From assembly GCF_000189295.2 (NCBI RefSeq), contig NC_016803.1, forward strand, positions 3,270,001 to 3,302,000: DNA of 32,000 nucleotides, in the 5' to 3' direction. Origin of the DNA: Pseudodesulfovibrio mercurii. Its GTDB lineage: Bacteria > Desulfobacterota > Desulfovibrionia > Desulfovibrionales > Desulfovibrionaceae. Position numbers and translations under genes: made by a program. The notes below the pieces were generated by a model. That model was not told the origin of the DNA, did not search any database, and saw only the letters and a list, made by a program, of their open reading frames with translations. Of the stretch, positions 24,401-32,000 are shown one piece after another. Numbering within the stretch: position 1 is the first letter of the stretch; every line of letters starts with the position of its first letter.

Positions 24401-24416
24401 TGGCACGCGGGTTGCT
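24401..24416 (+). promoter_or_regulatory. Sigma-54 (-24/-12) promoter of flp
   Basis: TGGCACgcgggTTGCT is a full match to TGGCAC-N5-TTGCW. It is about 75 nt upstream of the flp ATG. An AT-rich tract (24333-24395) lies just upstream. Confidence 0.75.
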
Positions 24417-24490
24417 CAATGGAGGGCGTGGCTGGTGCTGAAAGGCACAAAACAAATTTAGCAGACGAATTTAAACCAAGGAGAACGACA

Positions 24491-24673
24491 ATGACCAAGC
24501 TGATGAACCTCATCCGTGACGAAGAAGGCGCTACCGCCATTGAGTACGGCCTGATCGCCGCCCTGATCGCCGCCGGTATCGTGGCCGCCACCTCCGCCCT
24601 GGGCGACCAGGTTGTGAGCACCTTCGACTACATCACCGGCCAGATGTCCGCCGCGACCACGACCGGTTCCTAG
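24491..24673 (+). CDS. flp: Flp family type IVb pilin
   Basis: 60 aa, MTKLMNLIRDEEGATAIEYGLIAALIAAGIVAATSALG.... Canonical Flp motif and G/A processing site (EEG|ATAIEYGLI). AAGGAGA RBS. The track ORF (24215-) is an upstream in-frame extension. Confidence 0.9.
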   Translation: MTKLMNLIRDEEGATAIEYGLIAALIAAGIVAATSALGDQVVSTFDYITGQMSAATTTGS

Positions 24674-24720
24674 GAAGAAGAGAAGCTAACCGTTTAACGG
24701 AAGCAGCCAGAGCAGCCGAA

Positions 24721-24757
24721 CCGGGGCTTTCGGGATGGTCCCGTAAGCCCCGGTTTT
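24721..24757 (+). terminator. Intrinsic terminator/attenuator between flp and cpaA
   Basis: ccggggctt...aagccccgg (9-bp stem, 24721-24729 / 24745-24753), followed by tttt. A second hairpin, gtctccg/cggagac, lies at 24758-24779. Confidence 0.6.
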
Positions 24758-24812
24758 GTCTCCGGGGGAAAGCGGAGACGACACGCGGCCGGTCCGGCAC
24801 CTCGGGGGAACC

Positions 24813-25361
24813 ATGGATATTCTGATCGTCATCGCACTCGCGACCGCCCTGGTGACGGCCACCGTCACCGACATCCGCAACCAGCGCATCTACAATTGGC
24901 TGACCCTCCCGCTCATCCTGACGGGACTGGTCGCGCACACCGTTTTCGGCGGTTTCGCCGGGCTGAAGTTTTCGGCCGCCGGTTTCGCCCTCGGGTTCGC
25001 GGCCATGGCCCTTCCGTATTTCATGGGCGTCATGGGTGCGGGCGACGTCAAGCTTATGGCCGGCGTCGGCGCATGGCTCGGCGTGGAAGCGACCTTCACC
25101 GCCTTCCTGTTCACCTGCATCGCGGGCGGCGTCTACGCCCTGGCCGTCCTCGCCTTCCATCGGGAGATTCTCAAGCGGGTCCTGCGCAACATCACGGCCA
25201 CCTTTTCCGTGTTCATGGCCAGCCGGAAGTTCGACTTCGCCCCCGTCACTGCGGAAAACGCCATGCCGAGACTGTGCTACGGCGTGGCCATCGCCGTTGG
25301 AACCGTGGTCGCCATGGCCCTCTTCGCCTGGCAGACCGGGTCCGTGTACCCCGGCTATTAA
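24813..25361 (+). CDS. cpaA: A24-family prepilin peptidase CpaA/TadV
   Basis: MDILIVIALATALVTATVTDIRNQRIYN... (first catalytic Asp) and GAGDVKLMAGVGAWLG (second Asp). Polytopic membrane protein. Start chosen at ATG 24813. Confidence 0.85.
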   Translation: MDILIVIALATALVTATVTDIRNQRIYNWLTLPLILTGLVAHTVFGGFAGLKFSAAGFALGFAAMALPYFMGVMGAGDVKLMAGVGAWLGVEATFTAFLFTCIAGGVYALAVLAFHREILKRVLRNITATFSVFMASRKFDFAPVTAENAMPRLCYGVAIAVGTVVAMALFAWQTGSVYPGY

Positions 25362-25373
25362 AGGAGGCCCGGC

Positions 25374-26195
25374 ATGAGCAAGTCCACCAGAGCCCTTGTC
25401 CAGATCACCCTGTCCCTGTTCCTCGCGGTCATCGCGGGCGTGATCATCTTCAAGTGGACCAACGGCGTGAAGCAGGCCGCCCCGACGGCGGTCGTGGAAA
25501 ACACCGTGCCCGTGGTCGTGGCCAAGACCGACCTGGGACGCGGCGTCAAGCTGACCGAGGACATGCTCGAAATCCGCAAGTTCACCCAGGACTCCCGTCC
25601 CTCCGGCGCCTTCGCCGAGGTCAAGCAGGTCGAGGGCCGGGTGCTCAACCAGACCGTGGGCATGGGCGACGCCCTGACCCCCCTCAAGCTTGCCGACAAG
25701 TCCATCATGGGCGGCGGCGTGTCCGCGCTGATCACCCCCGGCAAGCGAGCCATGGCCGTCAAGGGCAACGAGGTCATGGGTCTGTCCGGCTTCGTCCGTC
25801 CCGGCGACCGGGTGGACGTCATCGTCTCCCTGACCGTGGGCCGCAATGAAAAGCCGGTGACCAAGCTGGTCCTGGAACAGATCAAGGTCATCGCCACCGG
25901 CACCCAGCTGACCCCGCCCAACGAGGAAGGCAAGGTCGCGTCCGTGGGCGTGTACACCCTGGAGCTGACCCCGGCCGAGTCCGAACGGCTCGCCCTGGCC
26001 TCCACCCAGGGGACCCTGCATTTCGCCCTGCGCAACGAGCAGGACAACGCCGACGTGCGGACCATCGGGACCACGGTGCCCCAGACGCTGGCCGCCCTGC
26101 GGCCCAAGCAGACGACCCCGAACGTGCGACGGACCCGGCGGAACATCAGCATAGAAATCATCACCGGTACGAACCGCTCGACGGTCAAGTTTTAG
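25374..26195 (+). CDS. cpaB: Flp pilus assembly protein CpaB/RcpC
   Basis: 273 aa. N-terminal TM anchor, then a SAF-like and RcpC-like region (VVVAKTDLGRGVKLTEDML...; GDRVDVIV). AGGAGG RBS. Confidence 0.8.
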   Translation: MSKSTRALVQITLSLFLAVIAGVIIFKWTNGVKQAAPTAVVENTVPVVVAKTDLGRGVKLTEDMLEIRKFTQDSRPSGAFAEVKQVEGRVLNQTVGMGDALTPLKLADKSIMGGGVSALITPGKRAMAVKGNEVMGLSGFVRPGDRVDVIVSLTVGRNEKPVTKLVLEQIKVIATGTQLTPPNEEGKVASVGVYTLELTPAESERLALASTQGTLHFALRNEQDNADVRTIGTTVPQTLAALRPKQTTPNVRRTRRNISIEIITGTNRSTVKF

Positions 26196-26206
26196 GAGCA
26201 GGCGCC

Positions 26207-27637
26207 ATGAAGAACGCAAGAACCATACAGTATACCCTGGTCGTCCTGCTTGCCTGCCTGGTCGTGCTGACCGCCACCGTGGCCTGGGCCCGCGTGGTCA
26301 AGTCCGACAAGCCGGACATGATCTCCATGATCATCGGCGAGTCCACGGTCATCACCACGGACCAGAACGTCAGCCGCATCACGCTGGGCTCGGACACGGT
26401 CTGCTCCATCGTGGTCATCTCCCCGACGCAGATCTACCTGACCGCCAACGAGATCGGCTCCACCACCCTGACCCTGTGGACCGGAGACCGTGTCTCCGAG
26501 ATCTACGACATCGCCGTGGACCCGGACACCACCCGGCTGAAGCGGATGATCTACGAGCTGCTGCCCCAGGAGAACAACGTCCGCGTGCTGACCAGCGGCA
26601 ACTCCATCACCCTGTCCGGGCAGGTGTCCAACGCCACCAGCCTGTCCTCGGTGCTCTCCCTGGCCGAGGCGGCCGCTCCGGGCCGCGTGGTCAACCTGCT
26701 CAGCGTGGACGGCATCCAGCAGGTCATGCTCGAGGTGCGCGTGGCCGAGATGTCCCGCTCCGTGACCAAGCGGCTGGGCCTCAACTTCGCGGCCATCGGC
26801 TCCAACTTTTCCATCTACTCGATCATCAACAACCTGACGAGCTACAACAACGAGGACAACGTCTTCGAGCTGACCGACAACATCAACCTGGCCGGCAGCT
26901 ACGTCAGCGGCAACACCACCATCCACGGCATGGTCGATGCGCTCAAGTCCAACGGCCTGGTGCGCATGCTGGCCGAGCCGAACCTGACCTGCGTGTCCGG
27001 CGAGGCGGCCGAGTTCCTGGTGGGCGGCGAAGTGCCCATCCCCATGCCCAGCGCGCTGGGCACCGTGGGCATCGACTACAAGCCCTTCGGCATCGCGCTG
27101 AAGTTCACGGCCACGGTCATGTCGTCCGGCCGGATCAACCTCCAGGTCAACCCCGAGGTGTCCGAGCTCGACTACTCCAAGGCCCTGTCCGTGTCCGGCT
27201 ACGAGATTCCGACCATCTCCACCCGCCGCGCCAACACCGTGGTGGAGCTGGGCGACGGCCAGTCCTTCGTCATCGCCGGTCTGATCAGCGACTCGCTCAA
27301 GGAAAACGCGCACAAGTTCCCGGGCCTGGGCGAAGTCCCCGTGCTCGGGTCCCTGTTCAGCTCCAAGGATTTCAACTCCAACAAGACCGAACTGGTGGTC
27401 CTGGTCACCGCCCACCTGGCCAAGCCCGTGGACATGGCCACCCAGACCCTGCCCACGGACGGGTTCCGTGAGCCGGACGACCGGGAATTCTACCTCTTCG
27501 GGCTGTTGGAGGGACAGGGAGGTTCCAGCGGGAGCGGAACCCCCAAGACCGTTGCCAAGGGCGCCGCCGATCCGGGTACCGTGATCCGTCCCGAATCCGG
27601 CTTCGACGGGGAATTCGGCCACTCCTGGCCCAACTAG
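26207..27637 (+). CDS. cpaC: Secretin CpaC/RcpA (type II/III secretion system secretin family)
   Basis: 476 aa. Signal peptide. Secretin core LAEPNLTCVSGEAAEFLVGGEVPIP...VELGDGQSFVIAGLI...PGLGEVPVLGSLFSS. Confidence 0.9.
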   Translation: MKNARTIQYTLVVLLACLVVLTATVAWARVVKSDKPDMISMIIGESTVITTDQNVSRITLGSDTVCSIVVISPTQIYLTANEIGSTTLTLWTGDRVSEIYDIAVDPDTTRLKRMIYELLPQENNVRVLTSGNSITLSGQVSNATSLSSVLSLAEAAAPGRVVNLLSVDGIQQVMLEVRVAEMSRSVTKRLGLNFAAIGSNFSIYSIINNLTSYNNEDNVFELTDNINLAGSYVSGNTTIHGMVDALKSNGLVRMLAEPNLTCVSGEAAEFLVGGEVPIPMPSALGTVGIDYKPFGIALKFTATVMSSGRINLQVNPEVSELDYSKALSVSGYEIPTISTRRANTVVELGDGQSFVIAGLISDSLKENAHKFPGLGEVPVLGSLFSSKDFNSNKTELVVLVTAHLAKPVDMATQTLPTDGFREPDDREFYLFGLLEGQGGSSGSGTPKTVAKGAADPGTVIRPESGFDGEFGHSWPN

Positions 27638-27661
27638 AGACCGCAGGTGCGAGGAAACGTC

Positions 27662-27940
27662 ATGCGTAACATTATGATCTGCACCGCCATGCTGGGCGTC
27701 ATGCTCCTGGCCGGATGCGGGACCCTGTTCGAGGGCAAGCAGAGCACGCCGGAATTCGGCAGCTCGGTGCACATGGCCGTGGCCGGTCAGACCGCCAATC
27801 CCGAGGCCGGAGGCGACGCCCCGGTGGTCGGACTGGACGGCAAGTACGCGGCCGAGGCCATGAAGAAGTACCAGAAGGGCCCCAGGGAAAAGAGCGATGC
27901 CAAGACCGAATCCACCTTCGGCGTGGTCGAGGTCCAGTGA
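27662..27940 (+). CDS. Small lipoprotein associated with the Tad locus
   Basis: MRNIMICTAMLGVMLLAGC with lipobox LLAG|C. GAGGAAA RBS. The track start is GTG 27647. Confidence 0.7.
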   Translation: MRNIMICTAMLGVMLLAGCGTLFEGKQSTPEFGSSVHMAVAGQTANPEAGGDAPVVGLDGKYAAEAMKKYQKGPREKSDAKTESTFGVVEVQ

Positions 27941-28096
27941 TGAACGGCCGCGAGCGCCATGCCGTGCGCAGACCCCCGAAGGGGTTGGCGCTTGACCGGA
28001 GAATGTTTGCAACCAACCGGCACGACGGGGAAAACGGCGACCACCTGATCGCCGTTGTCGGGGCCGAATAGCAGGAGACAGGGGAAAGGGGGAACC

Positions 28097-29290
28097 ATGA
28101 ACAACAGAGTGATACCCATATCGCTGGCCGTCATAGACCGGGAGCAGCGGGATCGTCTGGAAAAGATGATCGCGGCCAACCCCATGGTCCGTCTGGTCGG
28201 CGACGACGCCGAAGAGATGGGCGTGCTCATCTACGAGCCCGGCGACTCCGTCGAGGAGGACATGCCGCACATCATCCACGCCCTGGAATCGGGACAGGCC
28301 GAGGACGTCTACCTGGCCGGCGACGTGGCCGACCCCGAGATCCTCATCCGGGCCATGCGCAGCGGCATCCGCGAATATCTCAAGTTCCCCGTGGAGGAGA
28401 ACGACCTGCGCGCCGCGGTCATGCGCACGGCCATGCGCCTGAGCCTGACCGTGGACGACACGGACAAGGGCCGCATCCTCACGGTCCTGGGCTGCAAGTC
28501 CGGCGTGGGCACCACCACCCTGGCCGTGAACCTGGCCTGCGCCCTGAACGAGCGCGAGCCCGGCCGCACCGTGCTCCTGGACCTGCACGCGCCCATGGGC
28601 GAGATTCCCTATTTCCTGGACCTCAAGTACGACTACACCTGGGGCGACCTGGTGGCCGACATCTCCCGGCTGGACGCCACCTACCTGCGCAGCGTCATCG
28701 CCGAGCACGAGTCCGGCCTGCACGTCCTGCCCGCTCCGGGCGCGGGCGAGCGCCCCGACGACCACACCCTGGTCCTGATCCTTGAACAGCTCCGCCAGAG
28801 CTACGACTTCGTGGTCGTGGACGCGGCCACCCCGGACGAGGACGAGCTGCCCAAGGAAGTGGAGCTGGCCGATTCCATCCTCATGGCCATGCAGCTCTCC
28901 CTGCCGTGCCTGGCCCGCGTCACCCGGCTGACCGAGTCCCTCGCGGGGCAGGACCCGGACGCGGACCGGCGCCTGCGCCTGGTCGCCAACCGCGTGGTCC
29001 GCAACGGCTCCATCGGCGTGCCCGAGGCCGCCGAGGTCCTGGGCCGCGAGATCGCCTGGACCCTCCCCGAGGACGGGGAGACCGTGCTTTCCGCCCTGAA
29101 CCAGGGCACCCCCGTGGTCCAGGCCTTTCCCAAGTCCGCCGCGGCCAAGGGGGTGCAGGCCCTGCTCAAGGGGCTGGCTCCCCGTGAGAAGAAGGCCCAC
29201 AAGAAGCTCTCCCTGCCGTTCTCCTCGTTCTTCCGCAAGAAGGGCAAGAATTCGGACACCAACGACAACCTGGCAGGAGCGGCGTTATGA
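28097..29290 (+). CDS. cpaE: CpaE/TadZ: atypical receiver-like domain plus MinD/ParA-type ATPase
   Basis: Start at ATG 28097 (MNNRVIPISLAVID...). Receiver-like N-terminus with Glu at the acceptor position (VLIYEPGD). Deviant Walker A, LGCKSGVGTTTLAVNLA. Confidence 0.85.
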   Translation: MNNRVIPISLAVIDREQRDRLEKMIAANPMVRLVGDDAEEMGVLIYEPGDSVEEDMPHIIHALESGQAEDVYLAGDVADPEILIRAMRSGIREYLKFPVEENDLRAAVMRTAMRLSLTVDDTDKGRILTVLGCKSGVGTTTLAVNLACALNEREPGRTVLLDLHAPMGEIPYFLDLKYDYTWGDLVADISRLDATYLRSVIAEHESGLHVLPAPGAGERPDDHTLVLILEQLRQSYDFVVVDAATPDEDELPKEVELADSILMAMQLSLPCLARVTRLTESLAGQDPDADRRLRLVANRVVRNGSIGVPEAAEVLGREIAWTLPEDGETVLSALNQGTPVVQAFPKSAAAKGVQALLKGLAPREKKAHKKLSLPFSSFFRKKGKNSDTNDNLAGAAL

Positions 29291-30705
29291 ACCTCGCGGA
29301 ACGACTGAATCGAAACGCGGCGCGGCGCTCCGCCCCGGCGGCCCCGGCTCCGGCCCCGGCCCCGGCCAAGCCCAAGGCCAAGGTCCAGCCCAAGGTGGTC
29401 AAGGTCGAGGCGGCGGAACACTATTTCGACATCAAGACGCGCATCCACGACCGGCTCATCGACATGATCGACCTGTCGCTCCTGGACTCCCTGTCCGAGA
29501 CCGAGATGCGCAGCGAAATCTCCAAGGTCACCGAAGGGCTGCTCTGGGGCGAGTTCCGCAATGCGCCCCTGAACCTGGCCGAACGCAAGCGCATGCTCTC
29601 CGAGATCCAGGACGAGGTCATCGGCCTGGGACCGCTCGAACCCTACGTCCAGGACCCCACGGTCAACGATATCCTGGTCAACGGGTACAAGCAGATCTAC
29701 GTGGAGCGTTCGGGCAAACTCGAGCTGACCCCGGCCCGGTTCAAGGACGACGACCACCTGCGCAAGATCATCGACCGCATCGTCTCCCTGGTGGGACGGC
29801 GCATCGACGAGTCGCAGCCCCTGTGCGACGCGCGTCTGCTCGACGGCTCGCGCGTCAACGCGGTCATCCCGCCCCTGGCCATCGACGGGCCCTCGCTGTC
29901 CATCCGTAAGTTTTCCAAGGACCCCCTGGAAGTGGCCGACCTCATCGGCTTCAACTCCCTGACCCCGGAGATGGCCCTGCTCATGAAGGGCATCGTCCAG
30001 TCCCAGCTCAACGTGCTCATCTCCGGCGGCACCGGCTCGGGCAAGACCACGCTGCTCAACTGCCTGTCGCGCAACGTGCCCGAGGACGAGCGCATCGTGA
30101 CCATCGAGGACGCGGCCGAGCTGCAGCTCAAGCAGGATCACGTGGTCCGGCTGGAGACCCGCCCGGCCAACATCGAGGGACGCGGCGAGATCACCATGCG
30201 CGACCTGGTCAAGAACTGCCTGCGTATGCGTCCGGACCGGATCATCGTCGGCGAGGTCCGTTCGGCCGAGGCCCTGGACATGCTCCAGGCCATGAACACC
30301 GGTCACGACGGTTCCCTGACCATCATCCACGCCAACACGCCCCGCGACGCCCTGATGCGTCTGGAGACCATGATCTCCATGGCCGGGCTGAACCTGAATC
30401 CCCTTTCCATGAAGCGCTACATCTCCTCGGCCATCGACGTCATCATCCAGGCCACCCGCCTGGTGGACGGCACCAGAAAGGTCATCTCCATCCAGGAAGT
30501 GACCGGCATGGAAGGGGAGATGATCACCATGCAGGAGATCTTCGCCTTCGAGCAGACCGGCCTGACCCACGACGGCAAGGTGGAGGGCTACTTCACCGCC
30601 CGGGGCATCCGCCCCAAGTTCGCCGAAAAGCTCGAGCGCATGGGCTTCCCGTTCCCCATGGACACCTTCAACGTCACCCCCAGACCCCCGAAGAACAAGG
30701 AGTAG
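29287..30705 (+). CDS. cpaF: CpaF/TadA secretion ATPase
   Basis: 472 aa. Walker [10 protein letters not shown], Asp box, Walker B IIVGEVR, His box. ATGA overlap with cpaE. Ala/Pro/Lys-rich N-terminal linker. Confidence 0.9.
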   Translation: MNLAERLNRNAARRSAPAAPAPAPAPAKPKAKVQPKVVKVEAAEHYFDIKTRIHDRLIDMIDLSLLDSLSETEMRSEISKVTEGLLWGEFRNAPLNLAERKRMLSEIQDEVIGLGPLEPYVQDPTVNDILVNGYKQIYVERSGKLELTPARFKDDDHLRKIIDRIVSLVGRRIDESQPLCDARLLDGSRVNAVIPPLAIDGPSLSIRKFSKDPLEVADLIGFNSLTPEMALLMKGIVQSQLNVLISGGTGSGKTTLLNCLSRNVPEDERIVTIEDAAELQLKQDHVVRLETRPANIEGRGEITMRDLVKNCLRMRPDRIIVGEVRSAEALDMLQAMNTGHDGSLTIIHANTPRDALMRLETMISMAGLNLNPLSMKRYISSAIDVIIQATRLVDGTRKVISIQEVTGMEGEMITMQEIFAFEQTGLTHDGKVEGYFTARGIRPKFAEKLERMGFPFPMDTFNVTPRPPKNKE

Positions 30706-30708
30706 GCC

Positions 30709-31683
30709 ATGTCCATGACACTGATCATCGCGGCAGCGGCCGTGCTCATCGTCTTCCTGCTGGTCATGGGCATCGGTTCGCTCATGCAGTCCGGCTCGGA
30801 CAAGGCCGAGCGCCGGGTCAAGGATCGCCTCCGGGCCATGGCCCTGACCGCGGACATCGACGCCGCCTCCGTGGACCTGGTCCTGCGCGAGGCCGCCATG
30901 AGCGAGGTGCCGCTGTTCAACCGGTTGCTCGAGAGCATGCGCTGGTCCAGCAACCTCAGCCGCCTGCTCTACCAGGCCGACGCCAAGGGTTCGCCGGGCG
31001 TCTACCTCCTGCTGTGCATGCTCCTGGCCGTCATCGGCTTCTACGCCGGGTCCTTTTCCGGCAAGATATGGGTCTCCCTGGCCGGGGCGATCATGCTCGG
31101 CTACCTGCCCATCTGGATACTCCAGGGCAAGAAGCGCAAGCGCATGGACCGCTTCCAGAAGCAGCTGCCCGAGGCCCTGGACCTCATGGCCCGCGCGCTC
31201 AAGGCCGGACACACCTTCGGCGGCGGCATGCGCATGGTGGCCGACGAGTTCGACGGCCCCATCGGCCCCGAGTTCGGCAAGACCCTGGACGAGATCAACT
31301 ACGGCATGGACGTGGACCGCGCCCTGAGCAACCTCCAGTCGCGGGTGGACTGCCCGGACCTGAAGTTCTTCGTGGTCTCGGTGAACATCCAGCGCGAGAC
31401 CGGCGGCAACCTGGCCGAGATCATCGCCAAGATCGCCGCCCTGGTGCGCGAGCGGTTCGCCCTGTTCGGCAAGATCCGCGTCCTGTCCGCCGAGGGCCGG
31501 GTGTCCGCCTACATCCTCATCGCCCTGCCGTTCCTGCTGACCGGCATCCTGTACGTGGTCAACTCGGACTACATCAGCCTGCTGTGGACCCGCGAACTGG
31601 GCCAGAACATGGTCTGGGGCGCGGCCATCTCCATGATCATCGGCGCGGCCATCATCCGCAAGATCATCAAGATCAAGGTGTAG
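30709..31683 (+). CDS. tadB: TadB (type II secretion system F-family inner membrane protein)
   Basis: 324 aa with a T2SSF domain (LPEALDLMARALKAGHTFGGGMRMV...). Confidence 0.85.
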   Translation: MSMTLIIAAAAVLIVFLLVMGIGSLMQSGSDKAERRVKDRLRAMALTADIDAASVDLVLREAAMSEVPLFNRLLESMRWSSNLSRLLYQADAKGSPGVYLLLCMLLAVIGFYAGSFSGKIWVSLAGAIMLGYLPIWILQGKKRKRMDRFQKQLPEALDLMARALKAGHTFGGGMRMVADEFDGPIGPEFGKTLDEINYGMDVDRALSNLQSRVDCPDLKFFVVSVNIQRETGGNLAEIIAKIAALVRERFALFGKIRVLSAEGRVSAYILIALPFLLTGILYVVNSDYISLLWTRELGQNMVWGAAISMIIGAAIIRKIIKIKV

Positions 31684-31693
31684 GGAGGCGACC

Positions 31694-32000
31694 ATGGACA
31701 TCCAGATAGTTCCCCTGTTCGCCGCGGGCATCGGTTTCGTCTCCGTGCTCCTGGCCGGTTACGGCCTCCTCGGCTACCTGAGCGGCGCCAGCGACTCGGC
31801 CAAGCTCAAGGAGCGGGTCTCGGGCACGACCGTCAAGCGGTCCGATGCCCTGACCGCCCCCCTGGGCAACGCGGTCAAGTCCGTCGTGGACTTTTTCGGC
31901 CGGCTGGGCACCAAGATCGGCCCCACCGAGACCGAGGAGATCGACAAGGGCCGCCTGCGCTTGATCCAGGCAGGCATGCGCAAGCCCGATTCCTACAAGA
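31694..32000 (+). CDS. tadC: TadC-like inner membrane protein, partial (runs off the right edge)
   Basis: Not in the track. Manual translation from ATG 31694 gives MDIQIVPLFAAGIGFVSVLLAGYGLLGYLSG...RLRLIQAGMRKPDSYK. GGGAGG RBS. Position after tadB matches tadC. Confidence 0.65.
   Translation, partial: MDIQIVPLFAAGIGFVSVLLAGYGLLGYLSGASDSAKLKERVSGTTVKRSDALTAPLGNAVKSVVDFFGRLGTKIGPTETEEIDKGRLRLIQAGMRKPDSYK

Noticed and set aside
27940-28071. A 43-aa ORF (MNGRERHAVRRPPKGLALDRRMFATNRHDGENGDHLIAVVGAE) between the lipoprotein gene and cpaE.
   Set aside because: It has no convincing RBS and Arg-rich, non-protein-like composition, and it overlaps the lipoprotein stop. It is more likely untranslated spacer. 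It cannot be excluded without conservation data.

Overview
High-GC (by eye about 60-65%) Gram-negative chromosomal window, densely coding, with no rRNA, tRNA, CRISPR, transposase or integrase recognised. The style is reminiscent of Desulfovibrionaceae, but taxon cannot be established without a search.

Layout:
(1) 1-5104, minus strand: six tightly coupled genes. They are a P-loop HprK-like kinase (partial), a RimK-like ATP-grasp enzyme, a PhoU-repeat/APH-fold kinase fusion, a small amphi-Trp-like protein, a PHP-like protein, and a second amphi-Trp-like protein ending in ...KSRCHAKYD. From memory this matches the uncharacterised TIGRFAMs 'GAK system'. It is the best candidate for an undescribed biological system here.
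(2) 5263-9217: secreted 5'-nucleotidase, Gfo/Idh/MocA oxidoreductase, PpnP nucleoside phosphorylase and an acidic hypothetical.
(3) 9469-18397, plus strand: Leloir-type galactose cluster (galT, galK, LacI-family regulator, galM) fused to a CUT1 sugar ABC transporter. A perfect 16-bp LacI-type operator lies upstream.
(4) 18398-19124: a 727-bp non-coding convergent gap. It holds a ~284-bp tandem duplication with covarying terminator-like hairpins and a REP-like palindromic element. Two more copies of that element sit as an inverted pair at 7000-7374.
(5) 19125-20126: an untracked 42-aa Cys-containing microgene with its own TATAAT, RBS and terminator, plus a TPR protein.
(6) 20277-32000: a Tad/Flp pilus locus. 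tadE-like, tadG-vWA and tadE-like genes are on the minus strand. A sigma-54 enhancer-binding response regulator, then flp, cpaA, cpaB, cpaC, a lipoprotein, cpaE/tadZ, cpaF/tadA, tadB and tadC (partial) are on the plus strand. Sigma-54-type -24/-12 boxes lie in front of both divergent pilus operons.

Many very long ORFs in the track (for example 14924-18442-, 26192-29200-, 28801-31731-) are antisense shadow ORFs typical of high-GC DNA and were rejected.
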